DNA of 62,318 nt, counting the filler, from Candidatus Woesearchaeota archaeon (GTDB lineage: Archaea > Nanobdellota > Nanobdellia > Woesearchaeales > JACPBO01), in the NCBI GenBank assembly GCA_016180285.1. It is 6 parts of 6 records of this genome, joined end to end, with 100 filler letters (N's around TTAATTAATTAA, not from the genome) between each part and the next. Parts side by side here need not be neighbours in the genome. Positions count along the whole stretch, not along the records: positions 29,273 to 53,864 come from JACPBO010000034.1; positions 53,965 to 56,215 come from JACPBO010000049.1; positions 56,316 to 59,954 come from JACPBO010000051.1; 3 more parts are not named here. The stretch is one strand, 5' to 3'. The position numbers and the translations under genes were made by a program. Below, in pieces: positions 49,714 through 57,993 of the stretch. Position 1 is the first letter of the stretch. Each line of letters starts with the position of its first letter. The notes beneath the pieces were generated by a model. That model saw only the letters and a program-made list of their open reading frames with translations. It made no database searches and was not told the origin of the DNA.

Positions 49714-50106
49714 ATGGTAGTTCTGGATACAGATTTTCTCGTAGGTTTGTTGAGAAAAAACAAGGATGCTGTCAAAAAATTTGAAGAAATTGGCCCCGAT
49801 GAGCATTTAAGAACCACTGTTTTTAACATACATGAGCTAGTGGAGGGTGTTTGCAGATCCAGCAAACCAGAGCAAAATATGAAGCAGGTTGATGAGCTTA
49901 TAAAAGATATAGAAATTTTGCCTTATCTGGGTTATCATCCTCAGATTTCTGGTAAAATCTCTGCAGATCTAATTAAAGAAGGCAAAATGGTTGGCATAAT
50001 TGATGTGCTTATTGCGGCAATAGTTTTAAAAAATAAAGAGATGCTTATCACCAAGAACAAAGAACATTTCGAAAACATTGTAGGGCTGAAGATAATCGTT
50101 TGGTAG
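49714..50106 (+). CDS. vapC: VapC PIN-domain toxin
   Basis: LDTDFL, ELVEG, DVLIAA and LITKNKEHF. Confidence 0.92.
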   Translation: MVVLDTDFLVGLLRKNKDAVKKFEEIGPDEHLRTTVFNIHELVEGVCRSSKPEQNMKQVDELIKDIEILPYLGYHPQISGKISADLIKEGKMVGIIDVLIAAIVLKNKEMLITKNKEHFENIVGLKIIVW

Positions 50107-50117
50107 TTTATTCTCAC

Positions 50118-50268
50118 GATAAAAAGGAAGTTCTGCAGTTTAATTTCTTATCCTTATTTCCTCTGCGTAAAGCCTGTTGGCGGAAAGCTCAATCTGTTCA
50201 TGGAAGGCAAAGGAAACAGGACAAGTATAACAGCAGACTGCTTTGATGACTGCACTGCCTTAAATTAA
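50118..50268 (+). pseudogene. Remnant 3 of the surface-protein N-domain 3' end
   Basis: YPYFLCVKPVGGKLNLFMEGKGNRTSITADCFDDCTALN*, preceded by an IKRKFC-coding piece similar to ~29631-29649. Confidence 0.85.
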
Positions 50269-50310
50269 ATCTTTCGATTTTGTAACTATTTTAAAGCGAG
50301 GAGATTTAAA
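50264..50310 (+). repeat. Cassette repeat copy 6 (degenerate, right boundary)
   Basis: ATTAAATCTTTCGATTTTGTAACTATTTTAAAGCGAGGAGATTTAAA. Confidence 0.75.
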
Positions 50311-50353
50311 AAAAGAAAACTTAATAAAGGTATTGCTTCATTATCTGATAGAT

Positions 50354-50900
50354 ATGGCCAAGGTCAAACCAGCAAACGAAATAATGAATGCCGCCTACTG
50401 GCGAATAAAGCACAAAGATGTCTTTCATATGAAGAGCCTTTACATCATGATGTATGAATGGCTGGTGGAAGAGGAGTGGGCTAAGAGAGATGAGGATTTT
50501 CCTGAAAAAACATATCTGCAGAATGAGGCTGCGCAGGGCGGAACAGAGCTATGGATTTTCTGGAGGTTTGAGAAGGACCCTTTTCGTGGAAGAGCGCCAC
50601 ATGGAGTCAGCAAATTTTTTCAGTGGCAGATAAGAATAGACTTTCACATAATTCTTTTAAAAGACATTGAAGTAATGCACCAAGGCCAGAAATTCAAGAC
50701 AAATTCAGGCGAAGTTGAGATGAAATATTTTCAGGGGAAGGGTGTTTAAAGAAGAAGCTGAAACATTGAAATTAGAGCTTTACAGGGAAGCATATAGGCT
50801 GCAGGATGCTGTAAAGAGCTATCTTAAATTAAAGAGATGGTATCCTGAGCCTGAAGAAATGGGCACATATTTTCCAACTGGCGGGCTGGGCGACGTATAA
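50354..50900 (+). CDS. DPANN conserved hypothetical, paralog 1 (internal deletion/frameshift at ~50725)
   Basis: Similar to the two downstream ORFs; continues in another frame as FRGRVFKEEAETLKLELYREAYRLQDAVKSYLKL...GDV*. Confidence 0.65.
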
Positions 50901-50940
50901 AAACATAAATTATATAAACTAATCAATTTAGATTTATAAT

Positions 50941-51483
50941 ATGTCTGAAGATACGCAATGGGAAACTCCTCATTATAAAATAAAAAAGGTCGGAATTGTT
51001 GATTTGGACGGCCTTTACAGGCTCATGCATAGATGGTATGTTGACAGAAACTATTATTTTGAAGAGCCCACATACAAGCATAAAGTGCCCAGCCCTGCAG
51101 GAGCAGAAGAGGAGTTTGAATGGTTTGGCTGGAGAAAGATGAATGATTATGTGAAATATTGGATTTTGACTTATATGCATTTCTATGAGATGAAAGAAGT
51201 GGAAATTATTAAAGACGGCAAGAAGAAGAAAATGATCAGGGCAAGGGTTTATATTGAAGTGTGGGGCACGATGGAGTGGGATTGGCAGAAAAGATGGACT
51301 GGCTCAAAGTTTTTGGAGAATGTAAGAAAATTTATGGATCAGTACTTTTTCATGACAAGGGACAAGATAGGGAGCGCAGTATGGGGTGACAGGCTGATGT
51401 ATATTGCCATGAAGCTGCATAGTGAAATAAAAGAACATCTGGAGATGGAAACATTAAGCGATACTTATGCTGATATGTGGTGA
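50941..51483 (+). CDS. DPANN conserved hypothetical, paralog 2
   Basis: G.VDL.GLY..M..W...Y.FEE..Y and W...RK..DYVKY...DWQKRW. Confidence 0.8.
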   Translation: MSEDTQWETPHYKIKKVGIVDLDGLYRLMHRWYVDRNYYFEEPTYKHKVPSPAGAEEEFEWFGWRKMNDYVKYWILTYMHFYEMKEVEIIKDGKKKKMIRARVYIEVWGTMEWDWQKRWTGSKFLENVRKFMDQYFFMTRDKIGSAVWGDRLMYIAMKLHSEIKEHLEMETLSDTYADMW

Positions 51484-51488
51484 GGTAA

Positions 51489-51992
51489 ATGGCTGAAAGA
51501 GAATTGCTGGTTGAAAACAAAGTTGGCTATGAGGGGCTGTTCAGCGTTAAGGAGCTTTACAGGCTTATTGATGCTTTTTTCAGGGAAAAGGGCTATGACA
51601 AGAGGGAAATCAAAAACTCTGAAAAGGTTACTCCTGAAGGCAAATTCATTGAAGTTGAGATGATGCCCTGGAAGAAAGTGACAGATTACGCAAAGAATGA
51701 AATATGGATGCGCATAATAATTGAAAACCTCAAAGAAGTTGAGGTTGAGAAGAACGGCGTTAAGGTCAAATTAAACCAGGGTTCATTAAAGATTGTTTTC
51801 TACGGCTATCTTACAACGGATTACGAGAACAGGTGGGAGCAGAAGCCAATGTTCTTTTTCATAAGGACGCTGTTTGACAAGTTCTTTTTAAAGCAGTATG
51901 TTGATGAATTCAAAAAGAACCTGCTCGGCGATGTCAGCCTTATAAGAAACCAGGTGGACGGGTTTTTGAATTTATACAGGTACAGAACCTGA
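51489..51992 (+). CDS. DPANN conserved hypothetical, paralog 3
   Basis: YEGLFSVKELY, KKVTDYAK and TDYENRWEQKP..FF.RTLFDK. Confidence 0.8.
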   Translation: MAERELLVENKVGYEGLFSVKELYRLIDAFFREKGYDKREIKNSEKVTPEGKFIEVEMMPWKKVTDYAKNEIWMRIIIENLKEVEVEKNGVKVKLNQGSLKIVFYGYLTTDYENRWEQKPMFFFIRTLFDKFFLKQYVDEFKKNLLGDVSLIRNQVDGFLNLYRYRT

Positions 51993-52058
51993 TTTATCCC
52001 ATCTTAGGAAAAATTAATAAACACAGCAATAAAAACTTAATTCTTGGAGGGTGATTTT

Positions 52059-52334
52059 ATGAAAGAGCTTTGCTTCATCACAGTTATTGGATCTGACAAA
52101 AAGGGCATTATAGCGAATATATCCGGCTTCCTGTATAAAAACAGCGTCAATATTGAAGATATAAGCCAGAAAGTCATTAGCGGCTATTTTGTCATGACTT
52201 TGCTTGCGGATATAACTGATTCTAAGATAAGCGTTGATGAAGTAAGAGCGGGCTTGGATAAGATTGGAGAAGAGATGGGCCTGAAGATTCAGGTGCAGCA
52301 TGAAAATATATTCAAGGCAATGCACAGGGTGTAA
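52059..52334 (+). CDS. ACT-domain protein (UPF0237-like)
   Basis: ITVIGSDKKGIIA...NIEDISQ...QHENIFKAMHRV. Confidence 0.9.
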   Translation: MKELCFITVIGSDKKGIIANISGFLYKNSVNIEDISQKVISGYFVMTLLADITDSKISVDEVRAGLDKIGEEMGLKIQVQHENIFKAMHRV

Positions 52335-52337
52335 AAT

Positions 52338-53696
52338 ATGACCATAACTGTTGATGAAATTTTTGAAACAGCAAGCATGACCCTGCACCATAATTTTGAT
52401 ATAAGGGCTGTGACGCTTGGAATAAATTTGAAAGATTGCATCAATACAAATTTCGACTTATTTTTAAAAAATGTTTATGAAAAGATTGTGAAAAATGCAA
52501 ATCTTCTTGTGAAAAATGCAAAGGAGCTGGAATCAAAATACGGCATCCCTATTGTCAACAAGCGCATTTCTGTAACGCCTGTTTCTTTGCTTGCGGAGCA
52601 ATATCCGACAAAAGAAAATTACTTGAAGATGGCTGAAACACTTGATAAAGCTGCAGCTGATGCTGAAATAGATTTTATTGGGGGCTTTGGCGCTTTGGTG
52701 CAGAAAGGAATGACAAAAGCGGATGAAGCTTTGATTGACTCGCTGCCTGATGCGCTGTCAAGGACAAAAAGGGTGTGCTCCTTCCTTAATATTGCCTCAA
52801 CAGTTTCTGGAATGAACATGAATGCTGCAATAAAGCTTGGAGCGATAATCAGGGAAATTGCTGCAAAGAGCGAGAATGGAGTTGGCTGCGCAAAGCTTGT
52901 TGTTTTTGCAAATGCTCCTGAAGACAATCCATTTATGGCAGGCGCGTTTCATGGCATAGGCGAGCCTGATTTTTCGCTTAACATCGGAATAAGCGGGCCA
53001 GGAGTTGTGAGAAGCATTGTTGAAGACAATAAAAAGTGCGATTTGACGCAGCTTTCTGAAGTCATAAAAAGGACGGCATTCAAAATAACAAGAGCGGGCG
53101 AATTAATTGGAAGAGAACTAGCAGGCAAAATGAAGGTTCCATTCGGCATTGTTGACATTTCGCTTGCCTCAACAACTGCAGTAGGCGATTCTGTTGCAAA
53201 AATAGTTGAAGCAATGGGCATTGAAAGAATAGGAGCGCACGGCAGCACAGCTGCCCTTGCTTTGCTTATTGATGCTGTCAAGAAAGGCGGCGCAATGGCA
53301 AGCGGCAATGTTGGCGGTCTGAGCGGGACTTTTATTCCTGTAAGCGAAGATTTGGGAATGATAGAAGCAGTAAAATCAAAGGCTTTATCGCTTGATAAAT
53401 TAGAAGCATTGACTGCTGTATGCTCTGTTGGCCTGGATATGTTTGCAATTCCTGGCGACACTCCTGCTGAAACAATAAGCGCGATAATCGCAGACGAGCT
53501 TTCAATTGGAGTTGTGAACAATAAGACAACTGCAGTAAGAGTTATCCCTGTCCCCGGCAGGAAAGCAGGCGATTATGTTAAGTTTGGCGGATTGCTGGGA
53601 GAAGCTCCTGTGATGGATGTCAATAAGTTCAGCTCCAAGGATTTTATCATGAGGGGCGGAAGGATGCCGAATCCGATAACTAGCTTGAGGAATTAG
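52338..53696 (+). CDS. PFL-like family protein (DUF711/UPF0210)
   Basis: DIRAVTLGINL, NKRISVTP, DNPFMAGAFHG and AVCSVGLDM; usual partner of the ACT gene. Confidence 0.92.
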   Translation: MTITVDEIFETASMTLHHNFDIRAVTLGINLKDCINTNFDLFLKNVYEKIVKNANLLVKNAKELESKYGIPIVNKRISVTPVSLLAEQYPTKENYLKMAETLDKAAADAEIDFIGGFGALVQKGMTKADEALIDSLPDALSRTKRVCSFLNIASTVSGMNMNAAIKLGAIIREIAAKSENGVGCAKLVVFANAPEDNPFMAGAFHGIGEPDFSLNIGISGPGVVRSIVEDNKKCDLTQLSEVIKRTAFKITRAGELIGRELAGKMKVPFGIVDISLASTTAVGDSVAKIVEAMGIERIGAHGSTAALALLIDAVKKGGAMASGNVGGLSGTFIPVSEDLGMIEAVKSKALSLDKLEALTAVCSVGLDMFAIPGDTPAETISAIIADELSIGVVNNKTTAVRVIPVPGRKAGDYVKFGGLLGEAPVMDVNKFSSKDFIMRGGRMPNPITSLRN

Positions 53697-53864
53697 AGGT
53701 TTTAGCGAATTCTTTTTAAATAAATATTCCATTATTTAAGAATTTCTAATTTTAAGCTTTGCAGCGGTTAAGTCAACTCTTGTGAGTTGACTCCATTTCT
53801 ATTGAAATGGTAAAAAAATAAATTAAAGAAACAATTAGCTCCCTCTAGTGCTTGGAAACTGCCA

Positions 53865-53964
53865 NNNNNNNNNNNNNNNNNNNNNNNNNNNNNNNNNNNN
53901 NNNNNNNNTTAATTAATTAANNNNNNNNNNNNNNNNNNNNNNNNNNNNNNNNNNNNNNNNNNNN
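53865..53964. other. Artificial contig linker
   Basis: N-TTAATTAATTAA-N. Confidence 0.98.
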
Positions 53965-53996
53965 CAAAATCCAAAAGGATGAAATTCTTCCCCCCG

Positions 53997-54497
53997 CTAT
54001 TCTTTTTTCAGCCTTTCCACGATCTCTTCTGCAACACCATCGATCTCATAATCTTCACCAAGATCCAGGATTACATCAGCATACTTCCTGTAAAGCGGCA
54101 GCCTTTCCTCAAAAAGCTTCTTTAATCCTTTCCCCTTCAGCCCGACTATTCCTCTTATAAAACGATTTGGCACTCTATCAACTGTCTTGAAAGGGGCATT
54201 CATGAATACAACAGCAGACATTCTCTTCAAAAAATCCATTGCCCTGTCAGAATAAGCAGCGCTGCCTCCTGGTGAAATTACGCAGTTATTCAGCTTGCCC
54301 AGACCCAGAATTGCTTTTTCTTCAATCTTCATAAACTCCTCATCTCCAAATTTGTCAATTATCTGCTGCAGCTTCAGGCCGGAATTATTTTCAATTATTT
54401 CACCAACATCTATAAAATTGTAATTAAGCTTTTTTGCCAGCGCGCTCCCCACTTTGCTCTTTCCGACTCCCGCCATTCCGATCAAAGTTATGTTCAT
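53997..54497 (-). CDS. aroK: Shikimate kinase, bacterial AroK type
   Basis: LIGMAGVGKS P-loop, FG...F.KIE, ISPGGS and ERLPLYRKYAD. Confidence 0.85.
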   Translation of the reverse strand: MNITLIGMAGVGKSKVGSALAKKLNYNFIDVGEIIENNSGLKLQQIIDKFGDEEFMKIEEKAILGLGKLNNCVISPGGSAAYSDRAMDFLKRMSAVVFMNAPFKTVDRVPNRFIRGIVGLKGKGLKKLFEERLPLYRKYADVILDLGEDYEIDGVAEEIVERLKKE

Positions 54498-54587
54498 TTC
54501 GTATCTTTTCTAAAACAAGATATTTAAATTTATTGTATCCTATCACATAATAAAAAACTATTTAAACACTTGCCCTTATCCTCACTT

Positions 54588-55247
54588 ATGATAATCTGCG
54601 GTGTTGAAGAGGCTGGGCGCGGCCCTGTTATAGGCCCCATGGTTATGTGCGGCCTGGCTGTTGATGAAAACAAGCTTCAGCGATTAAAGGATATTGGTGT
54701 AAAGGACTCAAAGCTTCTTTCGCCTCATGAAAGAAACCATCTCTTTGATAAAATTCTTGAGCTTGCAGACAGCTGCGAAATAACAGTAATCCCTCCTGAA
54801 GAAATAGACCGCGCAGTAGGAAGGGAAGAAGACATCAATTTGAACTGGCTCGAAGCAAGAAAAACTGCCGATATGATCAACAAAATATCCCCTGACAAGG
54901 TCTACCTGGACTGCCCTTCGCCTAATTGTGAGAAATACAAAGAGTACATTAAAAAATTATTAAAAAATAAAGCGCCTGAAATCATAGCGGAGCACAAGGC
55001 AGATGTCAACTATCCGATTGTCGGAGCAGCATCAATAATTGCAAAAGTAACAAGAGACAAGGAGATAGACGCCTTAAAAAAGAGATTCAAGGTTGATTTT
55101 GGCTCAGGCTACCCTGCAGATCCATTTACAGCCCAATTCCTTAAGGAAAACTATGCAAAATACCCTTTTTTCAGGAAAAGCTGGTCATGCTACAAGGATG
55201 CAGCTGCGCAGAAGAACCAGAAAAAGCTTTTTGAGTTCAGAGGCTAA
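54588..55247 (+). CDS. rnhB: Ribonuclease HII (archaeal, C-terminal PIP box)
   Basis: GVEEAGRGPVIGP, DSK.L, EHKAD, AASIIAKV.RD, GSGYPAD and QKKLFEF. Confidence 0.95.
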   Translation: MIICGVEEAGRGPVIGPMVMCGLAVDENKLQRLKDIGVKDSKLLSPHERNHLFDKILELADSCEITVIPPEEIDRAVGREEDINLNWLEARKTADMINKISPDKVYLDCPSPNCEKYKEYIKKLLKNKAPEIIAEHKADVNYPIVGAASIIAKVTRDKEIDALKKRFKVDFGSGYPADPFTAQFLKENYAKYPFFRKSWSCYKDAAAQKNQKKLFEFRG

Positions 55248-55303
55248 ATAGTAAGTTTTAAATAGAGTTTGCTTTAATCAAGACCAGCAAAGAGGGCGAT
55301 AAA

Positions 55304-56215
55304 TTGACAAAAATCAACAAAATAGTTATGCACGGCTTTAAGTCATTTGCAAAGCACACAGAGCTTGAATTCGGAGAGAAATTCAACTGCATCCTTGGCC
55401 CAAACGGAGCAGGCAAATCCAATGTTCTGGATGCCCTCTGCTTTGTATTGGGCAAATCATCAAGCAAATCATTAAGGGCTGAAAAATCTTCTGATTTCAT
55501 CTATAACGGGTGGAAAACAAAAAAAGCATCGCCTTATGCGGAAGTTTCCATTTATTTCGACAACAGCAAAAAGACATTCCCGTCCAATGAGAGAGAAGTA
55601 AAGATATCCAGGATTGTAAAGCAGAACGGCCAGAGCAAATATAAAATCAATGACAAGACAATGACAAGGCAGCAGGTCTTAGACCTACTCAACATGGCAA
55701 GAATCGATCCGGATGGCTACAATATTGTTCTTCAGGGCGATATTGTCAGATTTACAGAGATGCCGACCGAGGAAAGAAGAAAGATCATAGAAGAAATCGC
55801 CGGAATCTCAGTTTACGAGGATAAAAAGCATAAGGCTGAGCTTGAGCTTCAGAAGGTGGACGAGAGGCTTAATGAAGCAAATGTTATTCTTAAGGAAAGG
55901 GAGACCTATCTCAAGGAGCTGAAAAAAGACAGAGACCAGGCATCGAAGTATAAAGAATTGAATGACAAGATAAGGCAAAATAAGGCAACCTACATTTACA
56001 TCCAGATTGAAAGGGAAAATAAGAGGAAAAAAGAGCTTGATGAAAAAATCCTGAAGCACAGGGAGCAGGTGGAAGCTCTGCAGAGGAATATTTCCAATCT
56101 GAAGAATGACATTCTAGACAAGGAAGCAGAGATAAAAAAAATAACAGAAGAAGTTGAAAAGCGCGGCTATAAGGATTCTCTTGATTCAGAAATACAGCAG
56201 CTTAAAGTGGACACA
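55304..56215 (+). CDS. smc: Chromosome segregation protein SMC, N-terminal part
   Basis: GFKSF, GPNGAGKSN, LQGDI and coiled coil; truncated by gap. Confidence 0.93.
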
Positions 56216-56315
56216 NNNNNNNNNNNNNNNNNNNNNNNNNNNNNNNNNNNNNNNNNNNNTTAATTAATTAANNNNNNNNNNNNNNNNNNNNNNNNNNNNN
56301 NNNNNNNNNNNNNNN
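56216..56315. other. Artificial contig linker
   Basis: N-TTAATTAATTAA-N. Confidence 0.98.
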
Positions 56316-56672
56316 ATTGAGTTTCAAGATCCCGAAAATAAACATGGGGTTTTAAAATTCAACAGTGACTCTTCACAGCCTTTTTTTATTCGCAGAGAAA
56401 TGCTTTATGGTGCAATCTTTGCAGGCAGCAGGCAGTCATATGAATGTGCAAGGAATGCAGCATTAAAGAGGCTTAACTTCGTTGCAAAGGTTTATTCAAG
56501 AAAAGCGCAAAACCTTCCCAATAATGGCAACTGCAATATTTATAGCACAATCAACATGAATCTCGATGCTTTGACAAATCCAATAACACAATCAATTTAC
56601 ACAGATATTAATTCGTTAATAATAGCAAATCGTGAAGCTTCCGGAAGTGGTGAATGTGTTGCAGTATTCTAA
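56316..56672 (+). CDS. Hypothetical protein, C-terminal part (pilin-cluster associated)
   Basis: LYGAIF....YEC...RL..VA.VY; overlaps the next gene. Confidence 0.55.
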   Translation: MEFQDPENKHGVLKFNSDSSQPFFIRREMLYGAIFAGSRQSYECARNAALKRLNFVAKVYSRKAQNLPNNGNCNIYSTINMNLDALTNPITQSIYTDINSLIIANREASGSGECVAVF

Positions 56673-57201
56673 AAAAGCACAAATAGAAATGATTGAAATG
56701 ATAATGATAATGGTTGTAGTGGTTATCCTGCTTTTAGTTGCTGTATTTTTTTATTTTAAGTTTTATGCTGTGAGTATTTCCAAGAGTGGTGAGCAGTTGA
56801 CACAGCAGGAAGCAGAGGTTTTGCTTACATCAATTACCTCAATGCCGGAGCTTCAGTGTAGTTTAGAATCAGAAAATAAGTTTTGTATCGATCTTTATAA
56901 AGTTTCAGCGTTTAGGAGTCTTGTTAATGATCCGAATGATCGATCTGGAATGCAATATTATTCAAATATTTTCAAGAACAAAGGGATTGTAATAAAATCA
57001 ATCTATCCAAACTCAAATAATGGTGAATGTCCTTCCCAGTTAGTTGAATATCCAGTAAGCTGCAATACCTGGATTATTTATACACCGGGAAAAGCACAGA
57101 GCTATACGAAAAAACCATTAATCTCTACAATAGTTTCCCTATACCACCCAATTACAAAACAGTATGGGGTTGGAAAAATAATAATTGAGGCATATTCATG
57201 A
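56656..57201 (+). CDS. Type IV pilin-like protein (class III signal peptide)
   Basis: KKAQ-IEMIE followed by a hydrophobic helix. Start approximate. Confidence 0.8.
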   Translation: MLQYSKKAQIEMIEMIMIMVVVVILLLVAVFFYFKFYAVSISKSGEQLTQQEAEVLLTSITSMPELQCSLESENKFCIDLYKVSAFRSLVNDPNDRSGMQYYSNIFKNKGIVIKSIYPNSNNGECPSQLVEYPVSCNTWIIYTPGKAQSYTKKPLISTIVSLYHPITKQYGVGKIIIEAYS

Positions 57202-57635
57202 AGAAGGCACAGACAGAGATACTTGGCCTGCTTGTAATAGTAATCTTGTTTATTATACTTGGGGTAGTGTATCTTAGGTTTTCCGGTTCTCCAACATCTG
57301 AGCAGCCGACAATAAGACAAAATATCGAGGTTGTGAATTTAGTTAATGCAATAAGGAAGTTTACTCCTGACACTACAACAAGGCCGCCAACTTCAATAAG
57401 GGACCAGATAAGAAACTGCAATGATGAATCATGCAGGCAGAATACAAATCAGGAAATAAGAAGGATTTTAGATGCTGCAGTTGATAAAAAAACAACATAT
57501 TCTTTTGTGATCAAGAAGGACAATCAGGAATGGCCCAAGGTTGAATCCAGTGGCGGGTGTATAGGGAATCTGCAGTATGTTTACAATAGTCCGGATCCAA
57601 AGTACACAATTACATTGAAGTTATGCAGGAGATGA
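57198..57635 (+). CDS. Type IV pilin-like protein (class III signal peptide)
   Basis: MKKAQ-TEILGLLVIVILFIILGVVY. Confidence 0.85.
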   Translation: MKKAQTEILGLLVIVILFIILGVVYLRFSGSPTSEQPTIRQNIEVVNLVNAIRKFTPDTTTRPPTSIRDQIRNCNDESCRQNTNQEIRRILDAAVDKKTTYSFVIKKDNQEWPKVESSGGCIGNLQYVYNSPDPKYTITLKLCRR

Positions 57636-57845
57636 TTTAGTTGGGAATCTTGTTCTTGATTTAAGTTCTAGAACTTTAATAGCTACCTTTCTTTATAAAT
57701 TAAAGTTATCCTCTTCGGTATATGGTAAATTTAACTAATTTAAAGTGGTAACTGAAACTGAGCATAATTTATCTTTCTTTTTTCTAAAGAAGGATTTAAA
57801 TTTCTTTTTTTTGCAAACAGAGAACATGATTATATTTTCAATTAC

Positions 57846-57971
57846 CAAAATCTTTATAAAGTAATATAGTTCTAGACTATTAATCAAGACGATAGAGATC
57901 TATGTAGAATGTAGCTATGTAGATTCAATATGGTTAAAAAAAATTCGTGTTTAGAGAGGCTCTTTAAACAC
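57846..57971 (+). promoter_or_regulatory. Candidate S-layer promoter and structured 5' leader
   Basis: AAAATC-TTTATAAA box, then hairpins ATCTATGTAG/CTATGTAGAT and GTGTTTAGAGA/TCTTTAAACAC. Confidence 0.45.
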
Positions 57972-57993
57972 AAAATAAAATAATAATAAAAAA

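Noticed and set aside
42138..50310. Repeats as a CRISPR array
   Set aside because: Copies are 0.6-3.3 kb apart with whole genes between them, and no cas genes are present.
42138..50310. Repeats as canonical attC or dif/pdif sites
   Set aside because: No RYYYAAC...GTTRRRY ends with long pairing, no 11-6-11 dif geometry, and no tyrosine recombinase in the window.
53771..53792. Perfect 9-bp hairpin AGTCAACTC-TTGT-GAGTTGACT
   Set aside because: Single copy near a contig end with no context to assign a function.
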